Assembly (NCBI GenBank): GCA_963662285.2
Contig: CAXXMV010000008.1
Location: 512,001 to 576,000 of the forward strand
From: a bacterium
GTDB lineage: Bacteria; Hinthialibacterota; Hinthialibacteria; Hinthialibacterales; Hinthialibacteraceae
Length of the DNA stretch: 64,000 nt
Direction of reading: 5' to 3'
Position numbers and translations under genes: made by a program. Of this stretch, positions 50,970 through 61,321 are shown piece by piece. Each line of letters starts with the position of its first letter. Within the stretch, counting starts at the first letter, position 1. The notes under the pieces were generated by a model. It saw only the letters and a list, made by a program, of their open reading frames with translations. It searched no databases and was not told the DNA's origin.

Positions 50970-52193
50970 ATGAAGTCGAGAGAACGAGTTCTTGCCGCGC
51001 TTAACCACCAGGAGACCGACCGGATTCCATTGGATTTCTCCGGCCACAGGTCTTCGGGCATCAGCGCTATAGCCTACGCCAAACTGCGCCAACATTTAGG
51101 ATTACCGCAAAAGCCGGTGCGGGTATATGACCCCATCCAGCAACTGGCCATCATCGATGAAGATATCCTGGATCGTTTCGGGGTGGATACCATAGAAATG
51201 GGACGCGGTTTCGCTTTGCTGGATGAGCACTGGGCGGACTGGACTTTGCCGGATGGATCGCCCTGTCAATTACCGGCATGGGTTAATCCTGAGCGCCTCG
51301 AAGACCAGTGGGTAATTCGCTCGAAGAATGGCCAGATCATAGCGCGTATGCCGGATGGGGCGCTTTATTTTGAGCAGTGCTACTATCCCTTTGCTGAGAA
51401 TGCAGAGATAGAAAAAACCCGGGAAGCGCTTGATGAATGCATGTGGACATCTATTGCATCGCCACCAGGGCCATTAGTGGCTGGCGCCGATGGTAAAGAG
51501 GTGTTGCGTAATGGCGCCAAGGCTTTATATGAAAAAACTGACTGGGCCGTCATCGGTTTGTTCGGCGGCAATCTGCTGGAGACGGGGCAGTTCTTATTTC
51601 GTAATGACAACTTTCTAATGCTGCTGGCGGCTGATCCTCCCAAGGCGCACCGCTTTCTAGATATTATTGTGGAAATGCATCTTAAGAATCTGGAAGCATT
51701 TCTTGGAGCAGTTGGCCCGTATATCGATATCATTGTGTTCGGCGATGATCTGGGTATGCAGAAAGGCCCGCAGATTTCACCCAAAATGTACCGCGAATTA
51801 TTCAAGCCGCGTCATGCCATGATGTGGAAGAGGGCTAAGGAACTGGCTGACGTCAAAGTGATGCTGCATTGCTGCGGCGGAGTGCGTCCCCTGTTGGGCG
51901 ACTTGATTGACGCTGGTCTTGACGCCATCAATCCAGTGCAGATCAATTGCGCCAGGATGGACCCCCAGGAACTCAAAGACGAGTTCGGCGAAGACCTCAC
52001 TTTCTGGGGAGGCGGCTGCGATACCCAACGCATTCTGCCGGATGGCAGTCCGGAGCAGATTCAAAAACACGTTCGGGAAATGATTGAGATATTTAAACCA
52101 AACGGCGGCTTCGTATTCCAGCAGGTTCATAATATCCTGGCTAATGTACCGCCGGAGAATGTCGTGGCTATGCTTGATGCTGTTAATGGATAA
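50970..52193 (+). CDS. Uroporphyrinogen decarboxylase / MtaA-CmuA methyltransferase family protein
   Basis: SRERVLAALNHQETDRIP, GDDLG.Q, HCCG, NPVQ, FWGGGCDTQ, VHNI..VPPEN. Confidence 0.9.
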   Translation: MKSRERVLAALNHQETDRIPLDFSGHRSSGISAIAYAKLRQHLGLPQKPVRVYDPIQQLAIIDEDILDRFGVDTIEMGRGFALLDEHWADWTLPDGSPCQLPAWVNPERLEDQWVIRSKNGQIIARMPDGALYFEQCYYPFAENAEIEKTREALDECMWTSIASPPGPLVAGADGKEVLRNGAKALYEKTDWAVIGLFGGNLLETGQFLFRNDNFLMLLAADPPKAHRFLDIIVEMHLKNLEAFLGAVGPYIDIIVFGDDLGMQKGPQISPKMYRELFKPRHAMMWKRAKELADVKVMLHCCGGVRPLLGDLIDAGLDAINPVQINCARMDPQELKDEFGEDLTFWGGGCDTQRILPDGSPEQIQKHVREMIEIFKPNGGFVFQQVHNILANVPPENVVAMLDAVNG

Positions 52194-52215
52194 TGGGGTT
52201 GATGGGTCGAAGCGC

Positions 52216-52250
52216 AACCCCCCTCTAACTCCCCCCAGGCTTGGGGGGAG
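52216..52250 (+). repeat. Intact C-rich hairpin repeat (matches the reconstructed IS481 target)
   Basis: AACCCCCCTCTAACTCCCCCCAGGCTTGGGGGGAG. Confidence 0.8.
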
Positions 52251-52321
52251 AATTCTGGTATCAGCAGTTAATTAATTGACTGTGATGGAGCAGTTACTAT
52301 ATTTCTATTAAGAGGTCAACC

Positions 52322-54154
52322 ATGAAAACAAGAAGAATTGTCTCATCCGTAAAATGGTTCATCATACTTTTTGCTTTCACCAGTCTGCTTATCCAGCCAG
52401 TCGATATATTCGCCGGGAAACTGGAACCGAAGATTGATTTACGTGACGTGAAAACCGATGGCGAGATTGGCCGACGCATTGATATAACCATTAACAATAA
52501 TCTTTTGAAAATAGATGCTGACAAGGATTTTCTTAAACCATTTCAAGAGAGAAAAAGCAGTGGCGGTTATATTGGATTGGGTAAATTTATCGATAGCATG
52601 GTGCGTATGGCGGCGTATTCCAATGATGAGAAATTGCTTACGCTCAAAAACCATGTAGTGAGCGAAACCATCAAGACGCAAGAGGAAGATGGCTATATCG
52701 GCATCATGGCGCCGCAGCATCGGATGTGGAAACTGTGGGATATCCACGAGATGAACTATGTGGCGAATGGCCTGATTACGGACTACCATTTCTACCAAGA
52801 TGAAAAGTCGCTCAACGCGGCAGTTAAGTTGATTGATTACATCATCAAAAACTGGACTGAGAATCCAGACGGGATGAAGGGAACCAGCATAACTGTCTTC
52901 ATGGCCGTAACCGGTTTGGAAGAGACCCTGTTGATGATGTATGATGAGACTGGTTACCAACGCTATCTGGATTTCTGCGTTGATTTTAGACGACTGCCTC
53001 AGTGGGATTACCCCTTAGATTTGGGCCGTTGGGGAAAAATCGGCGGACATGCTTATGCATATATGCATCGCTGTCTGGCGCAATTGCGCTTGCATCAGAT
53101 TGAACCTGACGACGCTCTATTATCGCAAACCCAAAAGACGATCTCGTTCCTGACGCAGAAGGATGGTCTGTTGATTAACGGCGTATGCAGTCAGCATGAA
53201 TGTTGGCATGACACCCAGGATGGTACTGAAGGCCTGGGTGAGACCTGCGCCACGGCATACCTGATCCGGGTGTTGGATGAACTGATTCGCATGGAGCAAA
53301 ATTCGTTTTACGGCGACATGATGGAGCGCTCCATCTATAACGGCCTGTTCGCCGCCCAGTCGCCTGATGGCAGACGGTTGCGTTATTACGTCCCATTTGA
53401 CGGCGAGAGGGTTTACTTCGACGGCGACACCTATTGCTGCCCGTGCAATTACCGGCGCATCATCGCTGAACTGCCTTCGATGATTTATTACCGTATGGAT
53501 GGAGGAATTGCGGTCAATCTTTATTCTCCATCAAGTGCGTCTATTAAGTTAAGCAATGGAAACAAGGTGGAGATTAGTCAGGAGACGGATTACCCCAATA
53601 GCGGCAAGGTCAACATATCCATCAATCCCGATAAGCCCGCCTCATTTCCATTACGGCTGCGCATCCCCAGTTGGTGCAACGATGCCGAAGTAACAGTCAA
53701 TAATGATATGGTCAATATTCAGGCGGCCAGCGGTGAATTCCTGGTATTGAACCGAACCTGGAAAAATGGCGATAGCGTCACCTTGGATTTAGCCATGCCA
53801 TTGCGACTGGTTAAAGGACGCAAAGCTCAAGCGGGGCGCATGGCAATCATGCGCGGCCCTCAGTTGTTCTGCGTGAATCCAAAAGTTAACCAAGGTCTTG
53901 AAAACGTTGATCTTCATCAAGTTTTGATTGATCCCGATACATTGGAAGGACCATTTGAAGATGATACGGTTAGAAAGAATGGATTAGCCTGCACCATTAA
54001 GGGATGGAAGAGTATGGGTTTCACTCAAGGCGGTAATCATAATCTAGACTTGCGCCTGACCGAGTTCCCCGATCCAGATGGAACCGCCGCTTATTTCCGC
54101 GTCCGCCAAATGGGTTTAGTTGGCGTTGATGATGAACTGTTGGTTAAGGAGTAA
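52322..54154 (+). CDS. GH127/GH146 beta-L-arabinofuranosidase-like glycoside hydrolase
   Basis: HE, GHAY, ETCAT, MERSIYN, CCPCN, QETDYP, LRLRIPSW, RGP; signal peptide. Confidence 0.9.
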   Translation: MKTRRIVSSVKWFIILFAFTSLLIQPVDIFAGKLEPKIDLRDVKTDGEIGRRIDITINNNLLKIDADKDFLKPFQERKSSGGYIGLGKFIDSMVRMAAYSNDEKLLTLKNHVVSETIKTQEEDGYIGIMAPQHRMWKLWDIHEMNYVANGLITDYHFYQDEKSLNAAVKLIDYIIKNWTENPDGMKGTSITVFMAVTGLEETLLMMYDETGYQRYLDFCVDFRRLPQWDYPLDLGRWGKIGGHAYAYMHRCLAQLRLHQIEPDDALLSQTQKTISFLTQKDGLLINGVCSQHECWHDTQDGTEGLGETCATAYLIRVLDELIRMEQNSFYGDMMERSIYNGLFAAQSPDGRRLRYYVPFDGERVYFDGDTYCCPCNYRRIIAELPSMIYYRMDGGIAVNLYSPSSASIKLSNGNKVEISQETDYPNSGKVNISINPDKPASFPLRLRIPSWCNDAEVTVNNDMVNIQAASGEFLVLNRTWKNGDSVTLDLAMPLRLVKGRKAQAGRMAIMRGPQLFCVNPKVNQGLENVDLHQVLIDPDTLEGPFEDDTVRKNGLACTIKGWKSMGFTQGGNHNLDLRLTEFPDPDGTAAYFRVRQMGLVGVDDELLVKE

Positions 54155-54203
54155 TAATGAGTGAGGGCGGAGGCTTTTGGTTACTCCCCCTCACCCTTTC
54201 CCT

Positions 54204-55710
54204 TGTAAAGGCCTGGGACATGGGTAACAGGTGTTCGGGGACATAGGTAACACATTTTCTGAGTGTATTCTAGCCTTGAAAGGAGGCGAAGAATATGCCC
54301 TGGAACGAGGTGGACCTTATGTCTCTGAGAAAAGAATTCGTATTGTTGAGCCAGCAAGAAGAAAGCAACATCAGCCAATTATGTAAACGGTTTGATATCA
54401 GCCGTAAGACGGGTTACAAATGGATCAAACGGTACAAAGAAGGAGGAGTCGAAAATCTCCAAGACCGTTCCAAAAAACCCAATACTTGCCCTCATCAAAC
54501 AGATAAGTCTATCGAGCAAGCCATTACAGAAAATCGCGAAAAAGGATGGGGAGGACGCAAAATTCGCTCTCGTCTGATTCAATTGGGATACGAAAATGTT
54601 CCTAGCGCCAGCACTATTACTGCCGTGTTACGCCGACTGGGATTGCTGGATGAAAAGGAAAGTCACAAGCACAAAGCCTATAAGCGTTTTGAAAAAGATA
54701 CGCCCAACGAATTGTGGCAAATGGATTTCAAAGGAGATTTTCCCACGCTCAAAGCACGCTGTTATCCGCTCAGCATTCTGGATGATTGCACGCGCTTTGT
54801 TCCCGGATTATTTTCGTGCGCCAATCAGCAAAGGGAAACCGTGCAAGACTCCCTGGAAAGCGTGTTCAGGATGTATGGTATGCCTCGGGCGATGTTGATG
54901 GATAACGGAAGTCCGTGGGGAGGATGCAAAACCTGCGAATACACCAGATTGACAATATGGCTGATACGATTGGGTATTCGCGTGTATCACGGTCGCCCCT
55001 ACCATCCGCAAACCCAAGGCAAGGTCGAGCGATTTCACCGGACCTTTAAGCAAGAATTGCTGATAAGGGAATCGTTTGTGGATTTGGAATATTGCCAAAG
55101 GCGGTTTGATGAGTGGCGTTATGAATACAATTTTGAGCGTCCTCACGAAGCCCTGGATATGGATGTCCCGGCTAACCATTATACGTCCAGTCCTTTTGTT
55201 TATCCGGGAAGTTTGCCGGATATCGAGTACGCGCCGGGCAGCATTATCAGGAAGGTGCAACAAGGAGGTCGGGTGGCGTACCGTGGTGAAGATTACCGGG
55301 TGAGCCGCGCCCTGGTAGGATGCCCGGTTGCCTTGAAACCCGCTATGACCGATGGGATGATGGACGTATATTTTTGCCGACAAAAAATCAAGACGCTCGA
55401 TCTGCGTTTGAATGAAATCAAAGAAGATAACTTGGCAATCCAGAAAAAGGCGTCACAATAGAAATTGGTTGGGCGAAACGGAAGCGGGCGCTGCAGGAGT
55501 GCAACCCGCCAGGGATAGCCGATCCGAGGTGCGAGGGATAATGCAGGAGGTGAAATATTCACCTCCTCCCTCTAAGCCAACCAATTATCCTGAGCATCTC
55601 TAGATGCCTAAAAAAAAACTCAAACAATAACCTGGGATAAATCCCGGTTTTGATAAAAAACTGTAACCCATGTCCCCGAACATGTGTTACCCATCTACCC
55701 GGTCTGTACA
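54204..55710 (+). mobile_element. IS481-family insertion sequence, copy 2 (1507 bp)
   Basis: Same ends as copy 1; 5-bp target duplication TCCCT (54199-54203 and 55711-55715). Confidence 0.95.
54295..55461 (+). CDS. IS481-family DDE transposase
   Basis: Identical to copy 1 except G>V in KEGG(G/V)EN. Confidence 0.96.
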   Translation: MPWNEVDLMSLRKEFVLLSQQEESNISQLCKRFDISRKTGYKWIKRYKEGGVENLQDRSKKPNTCPHQTDKSIEQAITENREKGWGGRKIRSRLIQLGYENVPSASTITAVLRRLGLLDEKESHKHKAYKRFEKDTPNELWQMDFKGDFPTLKARCYPLSILDDCTRFVPGLFSCANQQRETVQDSLESVFRMYGMPRAMLMDNGSPWGGCKTCEYTRLTIWLIRLGIRVYHGRPYHPQTQGKVERFHRTFKQELLIRESFVDLEYCQRRFDEWRYEYNFERPHEALDMDVPANHYTSSPFVYPGSLPDIEYAPGSIIRKVQQGGRVAYRGEDYRVSRALVGCPVALKPAMTDGMMDVYFCRQKIKTLDLRLNEIKEDNLAIQKKASQ

Positions 55711-55781
55711 TCCCTCTCCCGGTAGGCTACTCTCCATACACAAATCAAAAGAGGAGAATGAAACGGGGAGCATCATAAAAT

Positions 55782-56049
55782 GGGGAGCATCGGCTTCTAG
55801 CCGGTGTGTCAAATAGAATAGAATGAGCTCCATTACGCATAATCATTTCCATGGAGATAGGGGGATGAAAAATGAATAACCGATTTGTGTTGTGATGCCG
55901 GATCACGTGCATATCCTCCTTACGCTATTGGAAATTCCAAACCTTGGATATCATTCGATCACAACAATACTTCATAGCATTAAAAGTTATTCATCAATAG
56001 AAGCAAAGCAGTTAGGGATTGGCGTACCGGCTAGAAGCCGATGCTCCCC
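55782..56049. repeat. Perfect 24-bp inverted REP pair bracketing the RAYT relic
   Basis: GGGGAGCATCGGCTTCTAGCCGGT (55782-55805) and ACCGGCTAGAAGCCGATGCTCCCC (56026-56049). Confidence 0.88.
55880..56000 (+). pseudogene. Fragment of REP-associated tyrosine transposase (RAYT, HUH/Y1)
   Basis: Frame from 55883 reads ICVVMPDHVHILLTLLEIPNLGYHSITTILHSIKSYSS, with the HUH motif MPDHVH and downstream K-S-Y-S; no N- or C-terminal parts. Confidence 0.8.
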
Positions 56050-56091
56050 TTTTTGATGTTCCCCTTTTTGATGTTCCCCTTTTTGATGCTC
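56040..56091 (+). repeat. 15-bp tandem repeat, about 3.5 units
   Basis: GATG(C/T)TCCCCTTTTT repeated, derived from the REP end. Confidence 0.85.
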
Positions 56092-56296
56092 TTTGGTTAT
56101 TGATAGAGTGTTTTTTCAGTTTATAAGAGGTAGGTGTATTGCCACTGCTTCAATTTCACAACAATGTGTACGGAGAGTAACCCGGTAGGAGAGGGGATAT
56201 TAAGCCATAAGTGATAGAATCAAGGGCTAAACGCATTGAAGATAAAAGATGGGATGCGCTTTCGCTTTATCCCATCTTACGTTGATTAGTCATATC

Positions 56297-57856
56297 CTAC
56301 TTAGTGGTTTTAAGCATATCACCAGGGATTAAATCGCGTCCCGCAAAGCCTGAAAAATCGCGGGAATAGCGGTGTATGGTTAATATTCCCACCCGATATC
56401 CAAACGTTGTAGAATCAAGTGATTCTTGATCACTGATGGGAACAATATAACTCCACACTATTTCCTGTTTATCATAAGTTACTTCGAAAATGATTCCGCT
56501 CATACCATCGCAAATCAGAGTATTCCCATTGGGTAAGCGTTGCGTTCCGGAAAGATACGAAACATAGAAATCCGTCGGGGTTGGCGCCGTATACATCCAA
56601 TCCGCCTTCTCCGGTTTGAAGACCTGTCCGATTTCTTTGAGGTAATTGCCTTCAGGGTCTAACGGCAATTGGATTTCATCAATGGAAGAATAATTCCCCA
56701 TGCGCCTGCCGCGGCCATTATTAAAGATTAACAGGTTGCCCTCGCCCTTCGTTCCAGGTTCAATCCAACGCACATCATGTTGGGCGAAGAGCTGCTGGTC
56801 TTTCATTGTTCCGGCGTCATACGCCATAGGGTTGCCCCACCGATAAAGTAGGTCGCCGCCCTTGCCTCGCCTACCACCAGAATGACCTGCGGCTTCCCAG
56901 GTGGATGTACTATGATCGATGATCCAGATTTCATTAAATTCCCGCACGCTGATTGCGATTTGATCAAGTTGAGGATTGTAGGATATAGCATTGATATGCG
57001 TCCAATCCGGTTCAGCTGAAAGGGATCTGGAATTACTTGATCCACTAATATAACCCAACGATCTTAGATGTTCGAGATCCGCCGAACTTGTTTCATTATT
57101 GCCATTGATATAGTTGAGATTAATGAGTTCCGGATGGTCAATCATATCGCCGTAATTCGGTTGAATCGAATTGTAATCCTGGATTAGGTGATCCCAAACA
57201 TGCCATTCCCAAACGATTTCTCCGGATGTAGGTCCGGTTGGCTTTACCTCAATTATCTTGTCAGACCATACATCAGTCTCTTCATGTATTTTCTGCACCC
57301 GGCCTGCTTGGATGGCTTCTTCCGCTGTTTTTCGCTCCCAGGCGATCATCAATATATTACCATTAGGCAAGGGAGCAATTCCATGATGAAGAAGATAATC
57401 ACTGCTTGCATACTCGAAGTCCCATATCAAAGAACCATCCCATGTAAACTCCTGAACCCGCCCACTTTCACCGCCGCTGTGAAATGGAAGATCATGATTG
57501 TTATCCGAGGTTCCCGTGCGAAGAAGATGACCATTATCCAGCAAATACGCGGAAAGTCCCGGCGCATCAGTGATCCATTGGTTCACAATCCGGCTTTGAT
57601 TATCAATTAAATAGGTTGATTTGGAATTGATGCTGTTTATTAACGTAAGGCCATCGAATGCTTGTGCAGAATTCCGGACTACTCCAACTTTCACTTCTTG
57701 AGAATTATCGGATAAAGCAAAAAATAGTTGAGGCGCCTTGTCATGTTTGAATTTTGCATCAAAAAGAGAATGAGGTTTAATCACAATCAATACAGCAACC
57801 AGGATTAAACAAAACGCAAAACACAACAACATAAAATTTATTGTTCTTCTTACCAT
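56297..57856 (-). CDS. Arylsulfotransferase (ASST) family protein
   Basis: LLDNGHLLR, HH..PLPNGN, DWTHINAI, LYRWGNP, QHD, FNNG, QRLPNGNTLI. Confidence 0.88.
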   Translation of the reverse strand: MVRRTINFMLLCFAFCLILVAVLIVIKPHSLFDAKFKHDKAPQLFFALSDNSQEVKVGVVRNSAQAFDGLTLINSINSKSTYLIDNQSRIVNQWITDAPGLSAYLLDNGHLLRTGTSDNNHDLPFHSGGESGRVQEFTWDGSLIWDFEYASSDYLLHHGIAPLPNGNILMIAWERKTAEEAIQAGRVQKIHEETDVWSDKIIEVKPTGPTSGEIVWEWHVWDHLIQDYNSIQPNYGDMIDHPELINLNYINGNNETSSADLEHLRSLGYISGSSNSRSLSAEPDWTHINAISYNPQLDQIAISVREFNEIWIIDHSTSTWEAAGHSGGRRGKGGDLLYRWGNPMAYDAGTMKDQQLFAQHDVRWIEPGTKGEGNLLIFNNGRGRRMGNYSSIDEIQLPLDPEGNYLKEIGQVFKPEKADWMYTAPTPTDFYVSYLSGTQRLPNGNTLICDGMSGIIFEVTYDKQEIVWSYIVPISDQESLDSTTFGYRVGILTIHRYSRDFSGFAGRDLIPGDMLKTTK

Positions 57857-58428
57857 GATACCCTATGCCTCGTTAGAAAAATCAACTGGTGAATTCGGGT
57901 GCTTGTAAATCGGCAAGCGTGCGACATAATGCTCAGGCGCTTAGGGCAATGTAAAGTTACATATTAAAGTGTACGTAAAATCTTAAGTAATCGCATCATG
58001 GGGCTAACCGCGTTGCAGGCTTTCCCTTGGCGTATATATTTGTTATTGTCTTAACCTCCCGTAGTAGATTCTCAAGAGTTATATATACAAGGAGTATCAT
58101 GATTTTCGTCAAGCGTCCACTTTTTGAACTAATCATTTATTTTTGTGAAATGCCTCAATCATGCGTATTTACTTGTTTATGTAAGATATTACTTGCTGAT
58201 TACAGTCTTTATTATGTATTAAGAAAGATGAATTAGGTTTATCGGTTGTAATATTGTTAAATATGAATTGATTACTGTGTAAGGGATTTTGCGTGTTGTG
58301 CTTTATTTCTGGAGGACGCCAAGTGTTTAACCACAATGCGGTCAGCGATTCAGGCTATTGCTAACGATTCGAGTATTGCTTCTCCTTGCCATTACTCCCC
58401 GCTTTAGCCCACTATACCAAAACGGCTC

Positions 58429-59751
58429 TCATTCTGTTTCTGGAAGGCGGGCGCCTAGAATCACTCCTGTAAGGCTGAATATTGAGAATAATAATAACAT
58501 ACCGGATGCACCGAGCCAGGGAGTCAACAAGCCCAGCGAACTGCTTACTAACAGGATGGCGCCTATTACAGTGTTGCTGACCGCTACGTAATCGGTGCGC
58601 TTGGTACCTCCTGCCAGATCAAGGATATAGGTCTTCCGGCCGATTCGTACGCCGCTATGGGCGATAGATAACGCAAAGAACGCGATGGGAATAATCCAGG
58701 CGAATCCCGCTTGCAGCACGCCGCAGAAATCCAGCGTAAACAGAATAAATCCCAGCGCGGCGGCGATTGATGAAGCGATCATAAGCACCGTCCGGCTGGA
58801 ACGATCCGCATAGCGACCCCAGAAAGCGCTGCTCAACGCTGAGGCGAAACCGCTGGCCAGCACAAAAAAGCCTAATAGTTCCCCGCCCCCACCGGATTGA
58901 TAAGCCAACATCATATAGTATGGACCGGAGAGAGCTGTTGATATCAATAAAGCCCGCACAATAACAAAACGCCGGAATGGCGCATCGGTGCGCAGAATAT
59001 CCAACCGCTTGAGCGCTTCGGTCAAGGCGTTTCCTCCGCCTTCAGTCGATCCGGGAACTTCAGCGATCCGGGAGAAAATCCCCCCGGCGATTAACCAAAG
59101 CGCCGCGCCAAAACCGAGCAGGACGGCAAACAATAATGGAGAAGCGTCCTGCCCCACCCATCCCACAAGCGCAAACCCCATAATCAAAGTAAGGACGCCG
59201 GATACCGCCGCCGAATAACCCGTCAGCCGCCCACGACGCGTTTTGGGAATGGTCTTTCCGGTTACATCCTTCGAAGCCACCGAACACAAACCCCGCGCTA
59301 AACTGAAAAACAGCATAACGCCAATGATAGCCGCTCCGGTTCCCGGCCCGCGCATAAACAGCGCAATACAGGCCAACGCCGCCATAGCCAGACTTTGCAG
59401 AATCGCGCTCAGCAATAAAGCGTTTTTACGTAAAGAAAAACTCCGCACGTATTTCGCAATAATCAGCTGCGGAAGCATGGAGAATGACTCGCGGATCGGA
59501 ACTAAAAAGCCGACCCAGAACGAAGAAGCCCCGACCGCCTCCAGCAACCAGGGCATCACGGTCTTGGCGTTAGATATTTCATCCGCCAGTTTAGTTAAAG
59601 TCTGCGCCGCTCCCAGACGAAAGAAATTCTGCGGGACATCCGAGCAGGACTCTTCAGGAATATCTTTACAAACCCGCGCATCCTCATCATCAAAGAGGAA
59701 TTGATAAAATTTTTCAGTACGTGGTTTTGATTTAATGTTATGATTGGTCAT
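58429..59751 (-). CDS. MFS transporter
   Basis: About 12 TM helices; LVPIRES..LPQ, DVTGKTIPKTRRG, GRYADRSSR. Confidence 0.88.
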   Translation of the reverse strand: MTNHNIKSKPRTEKFYQFLFDDEDARVCKDIPEESCSDVPQNFFRLGAAQTLTKLADEISNAKTVMPWLLEAVGASSFWVGFLVPIRESFSMLPQLIIAKYVRSFSLRKNALLLSAILQSLAMAALACIALFMRGPGTGAAIIGVMLFFSLARGLCSVASKDVTGKTIPKTRRGRLTGYSAAVSGVLTLIMGFALVGWVGQDASPLLFAVLLGFGAALWLIAGGIFSRIAEVPGSTEGGGNALTEALKRLDILRTDAPFRRFVIVRALLISTALSGPYYMMLAYQSGGGGELLGFFVLASGFASALSSAFWGRYADRSSRTVLMIASSIAAALGFILFTLDFCGVLQAGFAWIIPIAFFALSIAHSGVRIGRKTYILDLAGGTKRTDYVAVSNTVIGAILLVSSSLGLLTPWLGASGMLLLFSIFSLTGVILGARLPETE

Positions 59752-59908
59752 AGTGTTGGGCTTTCGTTTGGTCTTTCATACACTTTTTGCTTACTCATCA
59801 TTAATGATATCAAAACCATAGAAGACTTAAAACTGATGGGACACGCTTTCGCTTTATCTCATCCTACTTTTTTGACCTTGGGCGCGCATTCCGGCGTAAT
59901 ATCAATCC

Positions 59909-61321
59909 TCATCCCGGAAAATTCGGATTGTCTGGACACATGGTTGCATCAACCGATTTGAGCCACTTATGCAACTGCTTCTGCATGACTTTGGTTTTAC
60001 GGAGATTCTGCATAGCGATATTTCTCTTCTCGCTGATATCTTCTTTCAAGTTATATAGTTCCAATGTTCCATCTTCATAACGTTCAATCAGCTTAAAATC
60101 TCCCTGACGGATAACGCCGCCCAGTCGTCCCTTCTGGTTGGCGTAATGGGGATAGTGCCAATAAATTGCATCCCGTTTCAGTTTGCCTTTTTGGCTTAAG
60201 AGAGGGTAGATATTCTCTCCATCAATAGCGCCATTGGTTTCGGGTTTATCCACTCCAGCGGCGTGAAGCAGGGTTGGGAACAGGTCAACCGTACTGACCG
60301 CTTCGTTGCATACCACTCCGGGTTTGACTACTCCAGGCCATTTCACAACCCAGGGAACCCGGATGCCCCCTTCATACAAATGTCCCTTTCCGCCGCGCAG
60401 GGGAGTATTGCAGGTAGCCGGAGTATTGCTGCCTTCCTCAACCGAAAGGCCGCCATTGTCGGATGTGAATACCACAATGGTATTATCATCAACGCCGTTT
60501 TTCTTCAGCGCCTGTATCACTTTGCCAACGCTTTTATCTATGCTTTCAACCATAGCTGCATAGATGGGATTATTCTGCCCGTTCCATGCTGGTTTATCCT
60601 TGTATTTATCAATCATGGCCTGTTTGGCTTCTAGGGGAATATGGACTGCGTAATGGGCTAAATACAGGAAAAATGGATTATCATGGTTGGCGTCAATAAA
60701 AGCCGCCGCTTCGTCTCCCAAACGGTCAGGCAGATATTCGTTCTCCTTGCGTCCTTCTATCGGTGGATTCTTACCCCACTTGGGCCAGAAGAAACTGCGC
60801 GGCATACCCGAATAACAACCGCCGATGTTGACGTCAAAGCCCTGGTCTTCTGGGAAGTACCCCTTCCCTCCCAAGTGCCATTTGCCGATATGGCAGGTCT
60901 TGTATCCCGCTGATTTTAATCCTTCGGCCAGAGTGACTTCTTCCAAAGGCAGTTGGCGCTCATAATCCACTGGTAGTACAGGCGAATCATTTCTCTTTCT
61001 CGTACCATAGAGGAAATTGGTCAGATGCAGACGCGCAGGATATTTCCCTGTCATGATGCTGGCCCGCGTTGGCGAGCAGACCGGACAGGCCGCATAGCCG
61101 TCAGTGAACCGCATTCCCTCAGCCGCCAGTTGATCAACATTGGGCGTCTCGTAATATTGGCTGCCATTGCATGAGACGTCGTTCCAGCCCATATCATCGA
61201 TGACGACGACCACGATATTGGGTTTCTTATCCGACGCCAAAGCCAATGAAGGCAGACCCGCGCAAGCCGCCGCTGATAATGAAGCGCGAAGCATATCTCT
61301 ACGCGTAATTTTTTTATCCAT
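59909..61321 (-). CDS. Tat-exported sulfatase (arylsulfatase-like)
   Basis: TRRDML; IDDMGW; CSPTRASIMTG; GKWHLG; SDNGG; KGHLYEGGIRVP. Confidence 0.95.
   Translation of the reverse strand: MDKKITRRDMLRASLSAAACAGLPSLALASDKKPNIVVVVIDDMGWNDVSCNGSQYYETPNVDQLAAEGMRFTDGYAACPVCSPTRASIMTGKYPARLHLTNFLYGTRKRNDSPVLPVDYERQLPLEEVTLAEGLKSAGYKTCHIGKWHLGGKGYFPEDQGFDVNIGGCYSGMPRSFFWPKWGKNPPIEGRKENEYLPDRLGDEAAAFIDANHDNPFFLYLAHYAVHIPLEAKQAMIDKYKDKPAWNGQNNPIYAAMVESIDKSVGKVIQALKKNGVDDNTIVVFTSDNGGLSVEEGSNTPATCNTPLRGGKGHLYEGGIRVPWVVKWPGVVKPGVVCNEAVSTVDLFPTLLHAAGVDKPETNGAIDGENIYPLLSQKGKLKRDAIYWHYPHYANQKGRLGGVIRQGDFKLIERYEDGTLELYNLKEDISEKRNIAMQNLRKTKVMQKQLHKWLKSVDATMCPDNPNFPG

Noticed and set aside
47146-55710. Composite transposon that arrived as one unit
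   Set aside because: Each IS has its own 5-bp target duplication, and the outer flanks (GGCTT vs TCCCT) do not match.
56040-56091. Possible CRISPR array
   Set aside because: 15-bp head-to-tail units without spacers, and no cas genes.
57860-58400. Riboswitch or ncRNA upstream of the arylsulfotransferase
   Set aside because: The GC-rich patches are degenerate copies of the CAAGGGCA repeat family; I recognised no riboswitch consensus.
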